Below, one piece after another: positions 24,594-32,000 of a DNA stretch of 32,000 nucleotides (the stretch's first letter is position 1; every line of letters begins with the position of its first letter). The notes under the pieces are model-generated. The model saw only the letters and a list, made by a program, of their open reading frames with translations. It was not told where the DNA came from and did no database searches. The stretch lies in contig JACRMM010000029.1 of NCBI GenBank assembly GCA_016214985.1, positions 25,938 through 57,937 of the forward strand. The letters are read 5' to 3'. The position numbers were made by a program, and so were the translations under genes. Origin of the DNA: Deltaproteobacteria bacterium. Lineage in GTDB: Bacteria > Desulfobacterota > Deferrisomatia > Deferrisomatales > JACRMM01.

Positions 24594-27500
24594 ATGAGCC
24601 AGGGGCGGATCTTCGCAACCGGAATCTTGCTGGCGGGGGCGCTTTTCACGTCCTTGCCTCCGGGCGCTGGCGCAGAGGAGACCTGCACCATCTGCCACCA
24701 GGCCGGCGGAATCGGGGGATTGCCGAACCACCACTCGCTCAGCTCCTCCCCACCCTGTTCCCAGTGTCATCCGTCCTCCCCTGTGGGCGACAGTTGTCTT
24801 GGCTGCCACCGCGCCTTTGCGCCGCTTCACCACAATAATTTAGGAGTAAACTGGTCATCAGAAGACTGCTTTAGTAAATGCCATCCCCAGCCCCCAGGCG
24901 CGTGTCTCACCCCTTCTTGCCACTCCGTGATCCCTACCACGGCCACCACGGGCCACCACGATCCCACGGTACTCTCGACAAAAGTCTGCCTGGACTGCCA
25001 CACGGCCGACCCAAGACCGGCCGGCGACTGCACGGGTTGCCACTCCGACGTCGGAACCGCGCACGCCAACGCCGAGTGTTTCAGCTGCCACAACAACGCG
25101 ATGAAGAGCAGGCGCCCCATCGGACCCGAGTTCATCCTTCCTTCGCACCATGTGAACGTCCAGGCACCGGCCCAGATCGGCAAGGACCAGTGCAAGGCCT
25201 GTCATGACCTCACGGCCCACATGGCCGGGGCCGTCCTGCTCAAGGACGCAAACGGGGGCGCCTCGATCTCTTACGCCGGCGAGGCCTCGGCCACGCCCTT
25301 CTGCCTGAGCTGTCACGACGAGGATCACAAGACTTCGCAGCCGTTCTCCGACGGCCTGACCCCCGCCTCCTCCGCGTGGGATTTCAAATCCGTGGGCCTG
25401 AAGTTCAATAGCACCGAGGTCGTGAGCTCCAACAAGTATCCTCCCACGGCGCCCGCGCCCAACATGGCGGGGCAACTTTACAACACCGTGCCCGACGTGC
25501 AGAGGGCACTATCGGCCCACGGCAACCCGGCCGGCAACCTGGCCAACGGCAGCGCCTCGGATGCGAGGGTACCCTGCCTGGCATGCCACAACGCCCACGG
25601 GTCGCCGTCACCGAGCCTCCTGTTCAGCAGCGCGACCTACCAGCCGGCCAGCGAAGAGGACTTCTGCTGGGATTGCCACACCAACGCCGCCGCTTCGCCC
25701 CACAAGGCTTGGGACTACCTGCCGAACGATCGGGTCAGGGATTACTTCGGCGATTCGCGCTGGGGCATGAACGACGGCACAGGGTTCACGGTCGAATGGA
25801 TGGGGTCGTTCGCTTACAAGGATGCGCCCTTCAAGGGCTCCCACTTCCGTCCCAGCAAGCGAAAGATCAGCGACACGAACTGGCCCCGGAGCTCCGTCAC
25901 CTGCTCAAGCTGCCACGACCCCCACGGCGTCGACCCGAACAACGCCGCCAAGGCCTACATGGTGCCGCTCCTGAAGGGGACCTGGCTGATCTCTCCCTTC
26001 AAGGAAGACCGCGCGCCCCTGGCAAGCTACCAGAGCCCCCTGCGAGACAGCATCGCCGACCGCAACGGGAAGGCCGACCAGCCGAGGAGCAATCCAGACC
26101 TCTCGTTCAACAACACCCCCAACCCCGGGAGCGGGTACCCGAACGGAACGGGCGGGTCGGGCCACGAGGGGTACTTCATTGAAGACAACACCTTCGGCGT
26201 GTGGAACCCCCGGACCTCGGCGCCCGCGGCCGCCGGGGAGTGGCGGACCGTCCTCTCGAACAGCGAGACGATGCAGATCAACCGGATCGCCGAGACCGAC
26301 GCGCAGTTCGCCGGGCTCTGCCTCCAGTGCCACCCCAAGACGAGCCTCCTGTCGGGCTGGACCGGCCACGGGACTGTCAAGGGGTGGGGAGGCGCCAAGC
26401 GAGACCTCATCCCCAGCTCGCTTGCCAGTAGGGGCGGCGAGGAAGGCCCGGGGAACTCCATGCACGCCATGGGCAAGTACAACAGCGGGGGGGAAGACGG
26501 AATCGCGTACGGCCGCGGCTACCGCTGGGGCGTCAATCCCAGCGCCCAGGGGACGAGCGGGTACATTCAGGCCGACTACCACCAGTTCACCTGCTCCAAG
26601 TGCCACTCCCCCCACGCCGCCAAGGCGCCGAGGCTGCTCGTCACCAACTGCCTCGACTCCAAGGGCAACCACACGAGCTATCCGAAGGCCAAGACCGCAC
26701 AGGCCGCGAACTGCCACAGCACCCAACGCAACCTGGCGTGGAACACGCTGACTCCCTGGACGCAGACCGAAGCTCCCATGCAATACACGATCATGGCGAC
26801 GTCGACGACGGGCGGCACGATCTCGCCGACGGGAAATGTTCTGGTCGACCAGGGCCGCAGCCAGACCTTCACGATGACTCCGGCCAGCTCCAACTTCGTG
26901 CTCTCCTACTTCAGGGTGGACGGGGTCACCCAGCCCGCGGGCGCGAGCTACACGTTCACGAACGTCACCGCCGACCACACGATTGTCGCCACCTTCACGT
27001 CCTTGAATCTGGCCCAGGGCAAGACGGCCACCGCCTCGTCGACCCGCAGTGGGACCAACCCTTCCTACGCCGCGTCCATGGCGGTCGACGGCAGCACGAC
27101 CACCTCCTGGATGAGCAGCTCGACCTCCAGCGCCCAGTGGGTGCGGGTCGACCTCGGGTCGAGCCAGACCCTCTCCGTCGTCCAGGTCGCCTGGCCGGCG
27201 ACCTACTTCGCCAAGAACTTCCAGATCCAGACGTCGACCGACGGGACGAACTTCACGACGCGGTACACGGGCTCCAACGCCACCGGGACGGTCACCTACG
27301 CGAGCTTCGCCGCGGTGAGCGCCCGCTACGTCCGCGTCTACTGCACGACGCCCAACAACACCTCCTACTACGGCGTGTCGGAGCTCCAGGCCTTTGCGTC
27401 GGCGCCGCACAACAACGCGCCCACGGCTGATGCGGGGCCGGACAAGACGGGCACGGTTGGCACCGCGATCTCGTTCGCTGGGTCCGGGACCGACTCCGAC

Positions 27501-28997
27501 GGCACGGTCGTCGGCTACTCCTGGAGCTGGGGCGACGGCACGGCGGACACGAATACCCAGAACGCCAGCCACACCTACGCTGCCGTGGGCACCTACACCG
27601 CGACCCTGACCGTGACCGACGACCGCGGTGCCACCGGGTCCAACACGGCGGTGGTCACGGTCGGCGAGCCTGTGCCGAACAGTCCTCCCACGGCCAACGC
27701 GGGGCCGGACCAGACGGGCACGGCCGGCACTGCGATCTCCTTTGCCGGCTCCGGGACCGACTCTGACGGCACGATCGTCGGCTACTCCTGGAACTGGGGT
27801 GACGGCACGGCTCTTACCAACACGCAGAACGCGAGCCATACCTACGCCGCGGCCGGCACCTACACCGCGACCCTGACGGTCACCGACAACCTGGGCGCCA
27901 CGGGGTCCGACACGGCTGCGGTCACCGTGAGCGCGGTGCCGGTCAACCTCGCCCTGAACGCGGTGGCCACGGCCTCGTCGCAGTCCAGCTCGACCTACTC
28001 GGCCGCCAAGGCAGTCGACGGCAGCACTTCCACCTACTGGAGGAGCAGCTCGGGCGGCAGCCAGTGGCTCCAGGTCAATGTCGGCTCAACCGCCAGCCTC
28101 TCCCGCGTCAAGGTTTCCTGGAGCTCTAGTTACTACGCCCGGAGCTTCCAGATCCAGACCTCGCTCGACGGGACGAACTTCGTGACGCAGTACTCGACCA
28201 GCTCGGGGGGCAGCAGCCCCACGGACGTCAGCTTCCCCGTGGTTGCCGCACGGTACGCGCGCGTCTACGGCACGGTGGCCAACTCCTCCGACTACCGGAT
28301 CACGGAGTTGGAGGTCTACGGGACGACGGTGCACAACGACTCGCCCATCGCCAACGCCGGCTCGGACAAGACCGGGTATGCCGGCTCCCCCATCTCCTTC
28401 ACCGGGTCCGGCACGGACCCCGACGGCTCGGTCGTCGGGTACTCCTGGAGCTGGGGCGACGGCACGGCCGCCACGAACACACAGGACGCGAGCCACACCT
28501 ATGCGGCGGCCGGCATGTACACCGCAACCCTGACGGTCACCGACGATCTGGGTGCCATTGGGACCGACACGGCGGTGGTCACGGTCAGCGCGCCTCCGAA
28601 CAGTCCTCCCACGGCCAACGCCGGAACGGACAAGACGGGCACGGCCGGCACGGCGGTCTCGTTCACCGGCTCCGGGACCGATTCCGACGGGTCGATCGTC
28701 GGCTACTCCTGGAACTGGGGCGACGGCACGGCCGTCACGAACACCCAGAACGCCAGCCACACCTATGTCGCGGTGGGCACGTACACTGCGACCCTGACCG
28801 TCACCGACAACCAGGGTGCAACCGGCAGCGACACTGCGCTGGTCACCGTCAGCGCGGCTCCGCCCAACCAGCCGCCGGTGGCGAACGCCGGAACGGACAA
28901 GACGGGCACTGGAGCTGGGGCGACGGCACGGCCAACACGAACACCCAGAACGCCAGCCACACCTATGCCGCGGCGGGCACCTACACTGCGACCCTGA
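24594..28997 (+). CDS. giant secreted multiheme cytochrome c fused to InlB-B-repeat-like, F5/8-type-C (discoidin) and PKD domains (5' reading frame; leaves its native frame at 28909/28910)
   Basis: ATG at 24594 (GGGAGGG upstream) with signal peptide MSQGRIFATGILLAGALFTSLPPGAGA. 13 CxxCH motifs (CTICH, CSQCH, CLGCH, CLDCH, CTGCH, CFSCH, CKACH, CLSCH, CLACH, CWDCH, CSSCH, CLQCH, CSKCH) plus CFSKCH and CLTPSCH. Then YTIMATSTTGGTISP...YTFTNVTADHTIVATF, discoidin-like blocks (AVDGSxxTxW...WxxVDLG...FQIQTS.DGTNF...ARYVRVY) and PKD blocks (DAGPDKTG...GSGTDSDG.(I/V)VGYSW.WGDGT...HTY...GTYTATLTVTD). Confidence 0.88.
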   Translation: MSQGRIFATGILLAGALFTSLPPGAGAEETCTICHQAGGIGGLPNHHSLSSSPPCSQCHPSSPVGDSCLGCHRAFAPLHHNNLGVNWSSEDCFSKCHPQPPGACLTPSCHSVIPTTATTGHHDPTVLSTKVCLDCHTADPRPAGDCTGCHSDVGTAHANAECFSCHNNAMKSRRPIGPEFILPSHHVNVQAPAQIGKDQCKACHDLTAHMAGAVLLKDANGGASISYAGEASATPFCLSCHDEDHKTSQPFSDGLTPASSAWDFKSVGLKFNSTEVVSSNKYPPTAPAPNMAGQLYNTVPDVQRALSAHGNPAGNLANGSASDARVPCLACHNAHGSPSPSLLFSSATYQPASEEDFCWDCHTNAAASPHKAWDYLPNDRVRDYFGDSRWGMNDGTGFTVEWMGSFAYKDAPFKGSHFRPSKRKISDTNWPRSSVTCSSCHDPHGVDPNNAAKAYMVPLLKGTWLISPFKEDRAPLASYQSPLRDSIADRNGKADQPRSNPDLSFNNTPNPGSGYPNGTGGSGHEGYFIEDNTFGVWNPRTSAPAAAGEWRTVLSNSETMQINRIAETDAQFAGLCLQCHPKTSLLSGWTGHGTVKGWGGAKRDLIPSSLASRGGEEGPGNSMHAMGKYNSGGEDGIAYGRGYRWGVNPSAQGTSGYIQADYHQFTCSKCHSPHAAKAPRLLVTNCLDSKGNHTSYPKAKTAQAANCHSTQRNLAWNTLTPWTQTEAPMQYTIMATSTTGGTISPTGNVLVDQGRSQTFTMTPASSNFVLSYFRVDGVTQPAGASYTFTNVTADHTIVATFTSLNLAQGKTATASSTRSGTNPSYAASMAVDGSTTTSWMSSSTSSAQWVRVDLGSSQTLSVVQVAWPATYFAKNFQIQTSTDGTNFTTRYTGSNATGTVTYASFAAVSARYVRVYCTTPNNTSYYGVSELQAFASAPHNNAPTADAGPDKTGTVGTAISFAGSGTDSDGTVVGYSWSWGDGTADTNTQNASHTYAAVGTYTATLTVTDDRGATGSNTAVVTVGEPVPNSPPTANAGPDQTGTAGTAISFAGSGTDSDGTIVGYSWNWGDGTALTNTQNASHTYAAAGTYTATLTVTDNLGATGSDTAAVTVSAVPVNLALNAVATASSQSSSTYSAAKAVDGSTSTYWRSSSGGSQWLQVNVGSTASLSRVKVSWSSSYYARSFQIQTSLDGTNFVTQYSTSSGGSSPTDVSFPVVAARYARVYGTVANSSDYRITELEVYGTTVHNDSPIANAGSDKTGYAGSPISFTGSGTDPDGSVVGYSWSWGDGTAATNTQDASHTYAAAGMYTATLTVTDDLGAIGTDTAVVTVSAPPNSPPTANAGTDKTGTAGTAVSFTGSGTDSDGSIVGYSWNWGDGTAVTNTQNASHTYVAVGTYTATLTVTDNQGATGSDTALVTVSAAPPNQPPVANAGTDKTGTGAGATARPTRTPRTPATPMPRRAPTLRP

Positions 28998-29452
28998 TCG
29001 TCACCGACAACCTGGGCGCCACGGGGTCCGACACGGCAGCGGTCACGGTCAGCGCAATGCCCACGAACCTTGCGCTCAACCAGACGGCTACCGCCTCGTC
29101 GACGCGCAGCGGAACCTCGTACACGGCGGCCAAGGCGGTCGACGGCAGCGCGTCCACCTCGTGGATGAGCAGCACGACCTCCGGCGCCCAGTGGGTCCGA
29201 GTGGACCTCGGGGCGAGCTACACGATCTCGAACGTCAAGGTCGTCTGGCCTGCGACGTACTACGCTAAGGCGTTCCAGATCCAGACTTCGAACGACGGCA
29301 CGAACTTCACGTCACGGTACTCGACCAGCAGTGGAGCCGGCGGCACCACCACCGCGACCTTCACTGCGGTGAGCGCCCGCTACGTGCGCGTCTACTGCAC
29401 GACTCGCAACAACTCGTCCTACTACGGGGTCTCCGAGCTGGAGGTCTACCCC
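27004..29452 (+). repeat. intragenic tandem domain repeats: discoidin-PKD-PKD-discoidin-PKD-PKD-PKD(truncated)-discoidin
   Basis: PKD copies share long near-identical DNA stretches, for example ggctactcctggaactggggcgacggcacggc. Approximate copy boundaries: 27004, 27402, 27669, 27933, 28327, 28591, 28856, 29057. Confidence 0.85.
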
Positions 29453-29455
29453 TGA
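28910..29455 (+). CDS. 3' continuation of the cytochrome gene in the +2 frame (rest of fifth PKD plus third F5/8-type-C domain)
   Basis: From TGG at 28910 the frame reads WSWGDGTANTNTQNASHTYAAAGTYTATLIVTDNLGATGSDTAAVTVSAMPTNLALNQTATASS... and runs to the stop at 29453..29455. The track lists only the M-started part, 29057..29455. It is followed by a strong terminator. Confidence 0.65.
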   Translation, partial: WSWGDGTANTNTQNASHTYAAAGTYTATLIVTDNLGATGSDTAAVTVSAMPTNLALNQTATASSTRSGTSYTAAKAVDGSASTSWMSSTTSGAQWVRVDLGASYTISNVKVVWPATYYAKAFQIQTSNDGTNFTSRYSTSSGAGGTTTATFTAVSARYVRVYCTTRNNSSYYGVSELEVYP

Positions 29456-29476
29456 CGGGTCGGACGCGGAACACAG

Positions 29477-29510
29477 GGGCGGCGCTCCGCGGGGCGCCGC
29501 CCTTTTTCTT
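29477..29510 (+). terminator. rho-independent terminator
   Basis: GGGCGGCGC (29477..29485), 8-nt loop, GCGCCGCCC (29494..29502), then TTTTTCTT. Begins 22 nt after the stop at 29455. Confidence 0.7.
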
Positions 29511-29559
29511 CGGAGCCGCGCCGCAGCCCCCGATCGGCGTCTTGCTCACCATCCGGAAG

Positions 29560-30987
29560 ATGAGCTGCCACATGCCCATCAAGGTTCCTGTCGTTGCGGG
29601 GGTCTTCCTTCTTTCGGCCCTGGCGGTGGTGTGCCGTGCCGGCCAGGGCGCCGGAACGCCGGCCTCTGTCGACGCGCCGGCCGCGTTCTCCGTCAGCGGC
29701 GTCATCGACCGAGACACGGTCTGGAGCGGAACGGTCTCGGTCGTGGGAAGTGTTCAGGTCCTCTCCGGGGTCACCCTGAACATCCGGCCCGGGACCCGGG
29801 TTCAGTTCGCCCTTCCTCCCCCCAAGGCCGACTCCGGGGAGGAGCGCCTCTACGTGCAGAAGGGAGCAACGCTCATTGCCCGGGGCACGGACGCGCAGCC
29901 GATCGTCTTCCTGTCCGCCACGCCCGGCGTGCGTTGGTTCGGCATCGAGCTCCACTCCGGGCACGACCGAGACGTGTTCGACCGTTGCCGCGTCCGCGAC
30001 TCCCGGATGGGGATCGCCTGCGTTTCCACCTCGCCGGTCATCCAGAACTGCGTGTTCGAGGAGAACCAGCAGGGAGTCAGCCTCTGGCGCCAGGCCAACC
30101 CCATCGTCCGAAACGGCAGTTTCCTCCGCAACGCCGCCGCCGTCGTGGTCAGCATGCAATCGGCCCCGACCATCGCGCACTGTGAGATCGAGGGGTCCGA
30201 AGAGGTCGGCATCCGCATCGACGCGGGGTGTGGCGGCAGCGTGGAGGAGACCCGCCTCAGGGGCAACAAGGTCGGCATCCAGAGGCGGGGTTCGGCCCCC
30301 TTTCGGGTCGCCGGCAACCGTTTCGATGCCAACGCGGTTGCCCTGTCGATCGATCACGAAGGGTCCGTGGCCGAGGTCAGGGGCAACACGTTCTCCGGCA
30401 ACCAGCAGGGGGTTCTTGTAGCCACCAAGGCTTCGGTGCAGATCGCGGGCAACACCTTTTTCGCCAACGGTGTGGCGATCCACTTCGACGGCCGCTCCAA
30501 GGGCATCGCGGAGCACAACGACTTCAGGGGCAACCGGATCGGCATTCGCCTTTCTCGCACGTCGAGCCCGGAGATCACGGGCAACGAGTTCTCCAAGAAC
30601 GAGACGGCCGTGCTCTGCGAGACCTCGTCCTACCCGGTCCTTGCCGACAACAACTTCCGGGGGAACGCCACGGCCGTCCGGGCCGGCGATCATCAGTCCT
30701 TCGAATGGACGCGCAGTATCTGGAAACGAGAGGAATGGGAGGGCTGGGCGGAGAGTTACGGCGCGAACAGGATCGTCGCTCGAGACAACTACTGGGGCGA
30801 AGAGACGACGCGCGAAATGGAAGCCGGAGCGACGCCGATTGGAGCGATCTTCGACGTCCACCAGTCCCGAGACGTCGTGGTCGACGGCAAGCCCTATCGA
30901 CGAGACGAGGTCGACTTCCGCCCCTTCCAGTCGGCGCCGATCGCTGCGGCGGGAGCGCCGCGCTTACCGACGCCACGGACCGAGTAG
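29560..30987 (+). CDS. secreted right-handed parallel beta-helix repeat protein (NosD/CASH-like)
   Basis: ORF 29542..30987 (TTG). ATGs at 29560 and 29572 precede the signal peptide MPIKVPVVAGVFLLSALAVVCRAGQG. About ten PbH1-type repeats (xNxFxxNxxGI/V: IQNCVFEENQQGVSL, VRNGSFLRNAAAVVV, VAGNRFDANAVALSI, VRGNTFSGNQQGVLV, IAGNTFFANGVAIHF, EHNDFRGNRIGIRL, ITGNEFSKNETAVLC, LADNNFRGNATAV). Confidence 0.85.
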   Translation: MSCHMPIKVPVVAGVFLLSALAVVCRAGQGAGTPASVDAPAAFSVSGVIDRDTVWSGTVSVVGSVQVLSGVTLNIRPGTRVQFALPPPKADSGEERLYVQKGATLIARGTDAQPIVFLSATPGVRWFGIELHSGHDRDVFDRCRVRDSRMGIACVSTSPVIQNCVFEENQQGVSLWRQANPIVRNGSFLRNAAAVVVSMQSAPTIAHCEIEGSEEVGIRIDAGCGGSVEETRLRGNKVGIQRRGSAPFRVAGNRFDANAVALSIDHEGSVAEVRGNTFSGNQQGVLVATKASVQIAGNTFFANGVAIHFDGRSKGIAEHNDFRGNRIGIRLSRTSSPEITGNEFSKNETAVLCETSSYPVLADNNFRGNATAVRAGDHQSFEWTRSIWKREEWEGWAESYGANRIVARDNYWGEETTREMEAGATPIGAIFDVHQSRDVVVDGKPYRRDEVDFRPFQSAPIAAAGAPRLPTPRTE

Positions 30988-31103
30988 GCCCGGGGGCGGT
31001 TGCCTGCGCAGCCCTCTCTGCCACCCGCACGGGAGCGCGGCAACCCGAAGACGCCTCAGCCGTCCTGCGCTTGGCGCTCCGAAGTTCTCTGATCCGGTCC
31101 CAG

Positions 31104-31319
31104 CTACTGCCGTTCGGGGTCTGAGTCGAACTGCTCGGGGAGGGGCTGCGGCCCGGGGACGATCCCCGCGATGTCCGGGTCTTCGTCGCCCTCGCCTCGG
31201 GGCGCGCTGGCTTTGCGCTCCTTCGCCTCGAGTCGACGGGCGCTCTTTTGCTGCTGCCTCTCCTGCAGCACCTTTTCTCTCTGTCTCTTGAGCATCTTCG
31301 GTCTGGCGTTTTTCCCCAT
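31104..31319 (-). CDS. small highly charged protein (basic N-terminal half, acidic C-terminal half), 71 aa
   Basis: ATG at 31319 with AAGGAG about 9 nt upstream. Sequence MGKNARPKMLKRQREKVLQERQQQKSARRLEAKERK...DEDPDIAGIV. No family recognised. Confidence 0.6.
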   Translation of the reverse strand: MGKNARPKMLKRQREKVLQERQQQKSARRLEAKERKASAPRGEGDEDPDIAGIVPGPQPLPEQFDSDPERQ

Positions 31320-31437
31320 AGGTTGGGTCTCCTTCTCTGGATTCTATCCGGTCGTGTCGGTCTTCGGTCGGGGCGGCGATGCCCCTGTCCGGGGGGCGTC
31401 CCGCCCCGGGGCGCTCCCATCCCGCGTCGGCAGCCCT

Positions 31438-31998
31438 TTACTCTGGGTCCTCCTCCTTCGCGTCCGCCTGAGCCCAGGAGCGGAAGTCGTCGAGCTCGAG
31501 GTCACCGTGAAGGTCGTCCGGGTCGGCGCCGCCGCGGGTGTTCCCCCGACCCTCGGGACGGGGCGGCCCACCCGGCCTTCCTTCCTTCTTTGAGGTGCGG
31601 CCTTCCTGCCGACGCTTGTTGCGAGGGAGCGCGTCGGGGCCGAAGTTCCGCCGCGGCGCGTTGGGCCGGCCAGGGGCTTCGGACGGCGAGAACTCGCCGG
31701 GCCCATCGTTGAAGCGCGGGGGCGCAGGGGCTCTTGCACTGCTCCCCTCCTCCCGGGGCCGCGCCTCGTTGACCGCGAGGGGGCGCCCCTTGAACAAGGT
31801 CTTGTCGTGGCGGCGGATCGCGTCCTCGGCCTGCGTGCGGTCGCTGAACTCGACGAAACCGAAGCCACGCGGCTTGCCGGTTTCGCGATCCGTCGGCAGG
31901 CGCACGCGGGACGGCGAGCCGGCAGCGGAAAAAAGCTCCGTCAGTTCTTCCTCCGTCACGTCGTAGGCGAGATTGCCCACGTAGAGCTGTATTGACAT
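31438..31998 (-). CDS. RRM-type RNA-binding protein with Arg/Gly/Pro-rich and acidic C-terminal tail
   Basis: ATG at 31998. RNP-2 LYVGNL and RNP-1 RGFGFVEF. 186 aa. Confidence 0.9.
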   Translation of the reverse strand: MSIQLYVGNLAYDVTEEELTELFSAAGSPSRVRLPTDRETGKPRGFGFVEFSDRTQAEDAIRRHDKTLFKGRPLAVNEARPREEGSSARAPAPPRFNDGPGEFSPSEAPGRPNAPRRNFGPDALPRNKRRQEGRTSKKEGRPGGPPRPEGRGNTRGGADPDDLHGDLELDDFRSWAQADAKEEDPE

Positions 31999-32000
31999 CT

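Noticed and set aside
25905-27839. 644-aa minus-strand ORF opposite the cytochrome/PKD region.
   Set aside because: Same GC artefact. The plus-strand frame carries CxxCH, discoidin and PKD signatures, whereas this translation is repetitive RGVG-type nonsense mirroring the PKD repeats.
27400-29056. Regularly spaced DNA repeats of about 260 nt that could be mistaken for a repeat array or CRISPR.
   Set aside because: The units are far longer than CRISPR repeats and have no unique spacers. They are in-frame PKD domain copies of a single protein.
30999-31046. Long-loop hairpin GGTTGCCtGCGC...GCGCGGCAACC between the convergent beta-helix and small-protein genes.
   Set aside because: The loop is about 25 nt with no U-tract on either strand, so the evidence is too weak to call a terminator.

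Overview
GC-rich (roughly two-thirds G+C by eye) bacterial chromosomal window. The gene content suggests an anaerobic Deltaproteobacteria-like organism, but that is inference only. It falls into three blocks. (1) 0.1-8 kb holds housekeeping and signalling genes: a small repeat protein, a small secreted protein, an orphan B12-binding radical SAM enzyme, a large PAS/GAF hybrid histidine kinase, and a pseudo-receiver plus J-domain pair. (2) 8-22 kb is one long minus-strand catabolic operon: GntR regulator, TRAP transporter DctPQM, AMP-forming CoA ligase, BASS-family permease, a four-gene module, a third UbiD, UbiX, a flavodoxin-like protein and adenylate kinase. The four-gene module matches phenylphosphate carboxylase ppcBCAD in order and sizes (UbiD-like 472 aa, KdsC/HAD-like 180 aa, UbiD-like 482 aa, 85-aa subunit). 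No phenylphosphate synthase is present in the window. The ppc spacers carry structured, repeat-bearing RNA elements. (3) 22.4-31 kb is a plus-strand secreted-protein locus: a signal-peptide/TPR protein with a decayed 3' end, a 20-codon ORF with a strong SD, a multiheme cytochrome c (about 1,640 aa if repaired), and a parallel beta-helix protein. The cytochrome has 13 CxxCH motifs plus CX3CH and CX4CH, fused to an InlB-B-repeat-like domain, three F5/8-type-C domains and five PKD domains, and a 67-nt intra-repeat deletion breaks its frame. The window ends with a small charged protein and an RRM RNA-binding protein. I saw no rRNA, tRNA, CRISPR array, transposase or integrase. Most long antisense ORFs in the track are high-GC artefacts.
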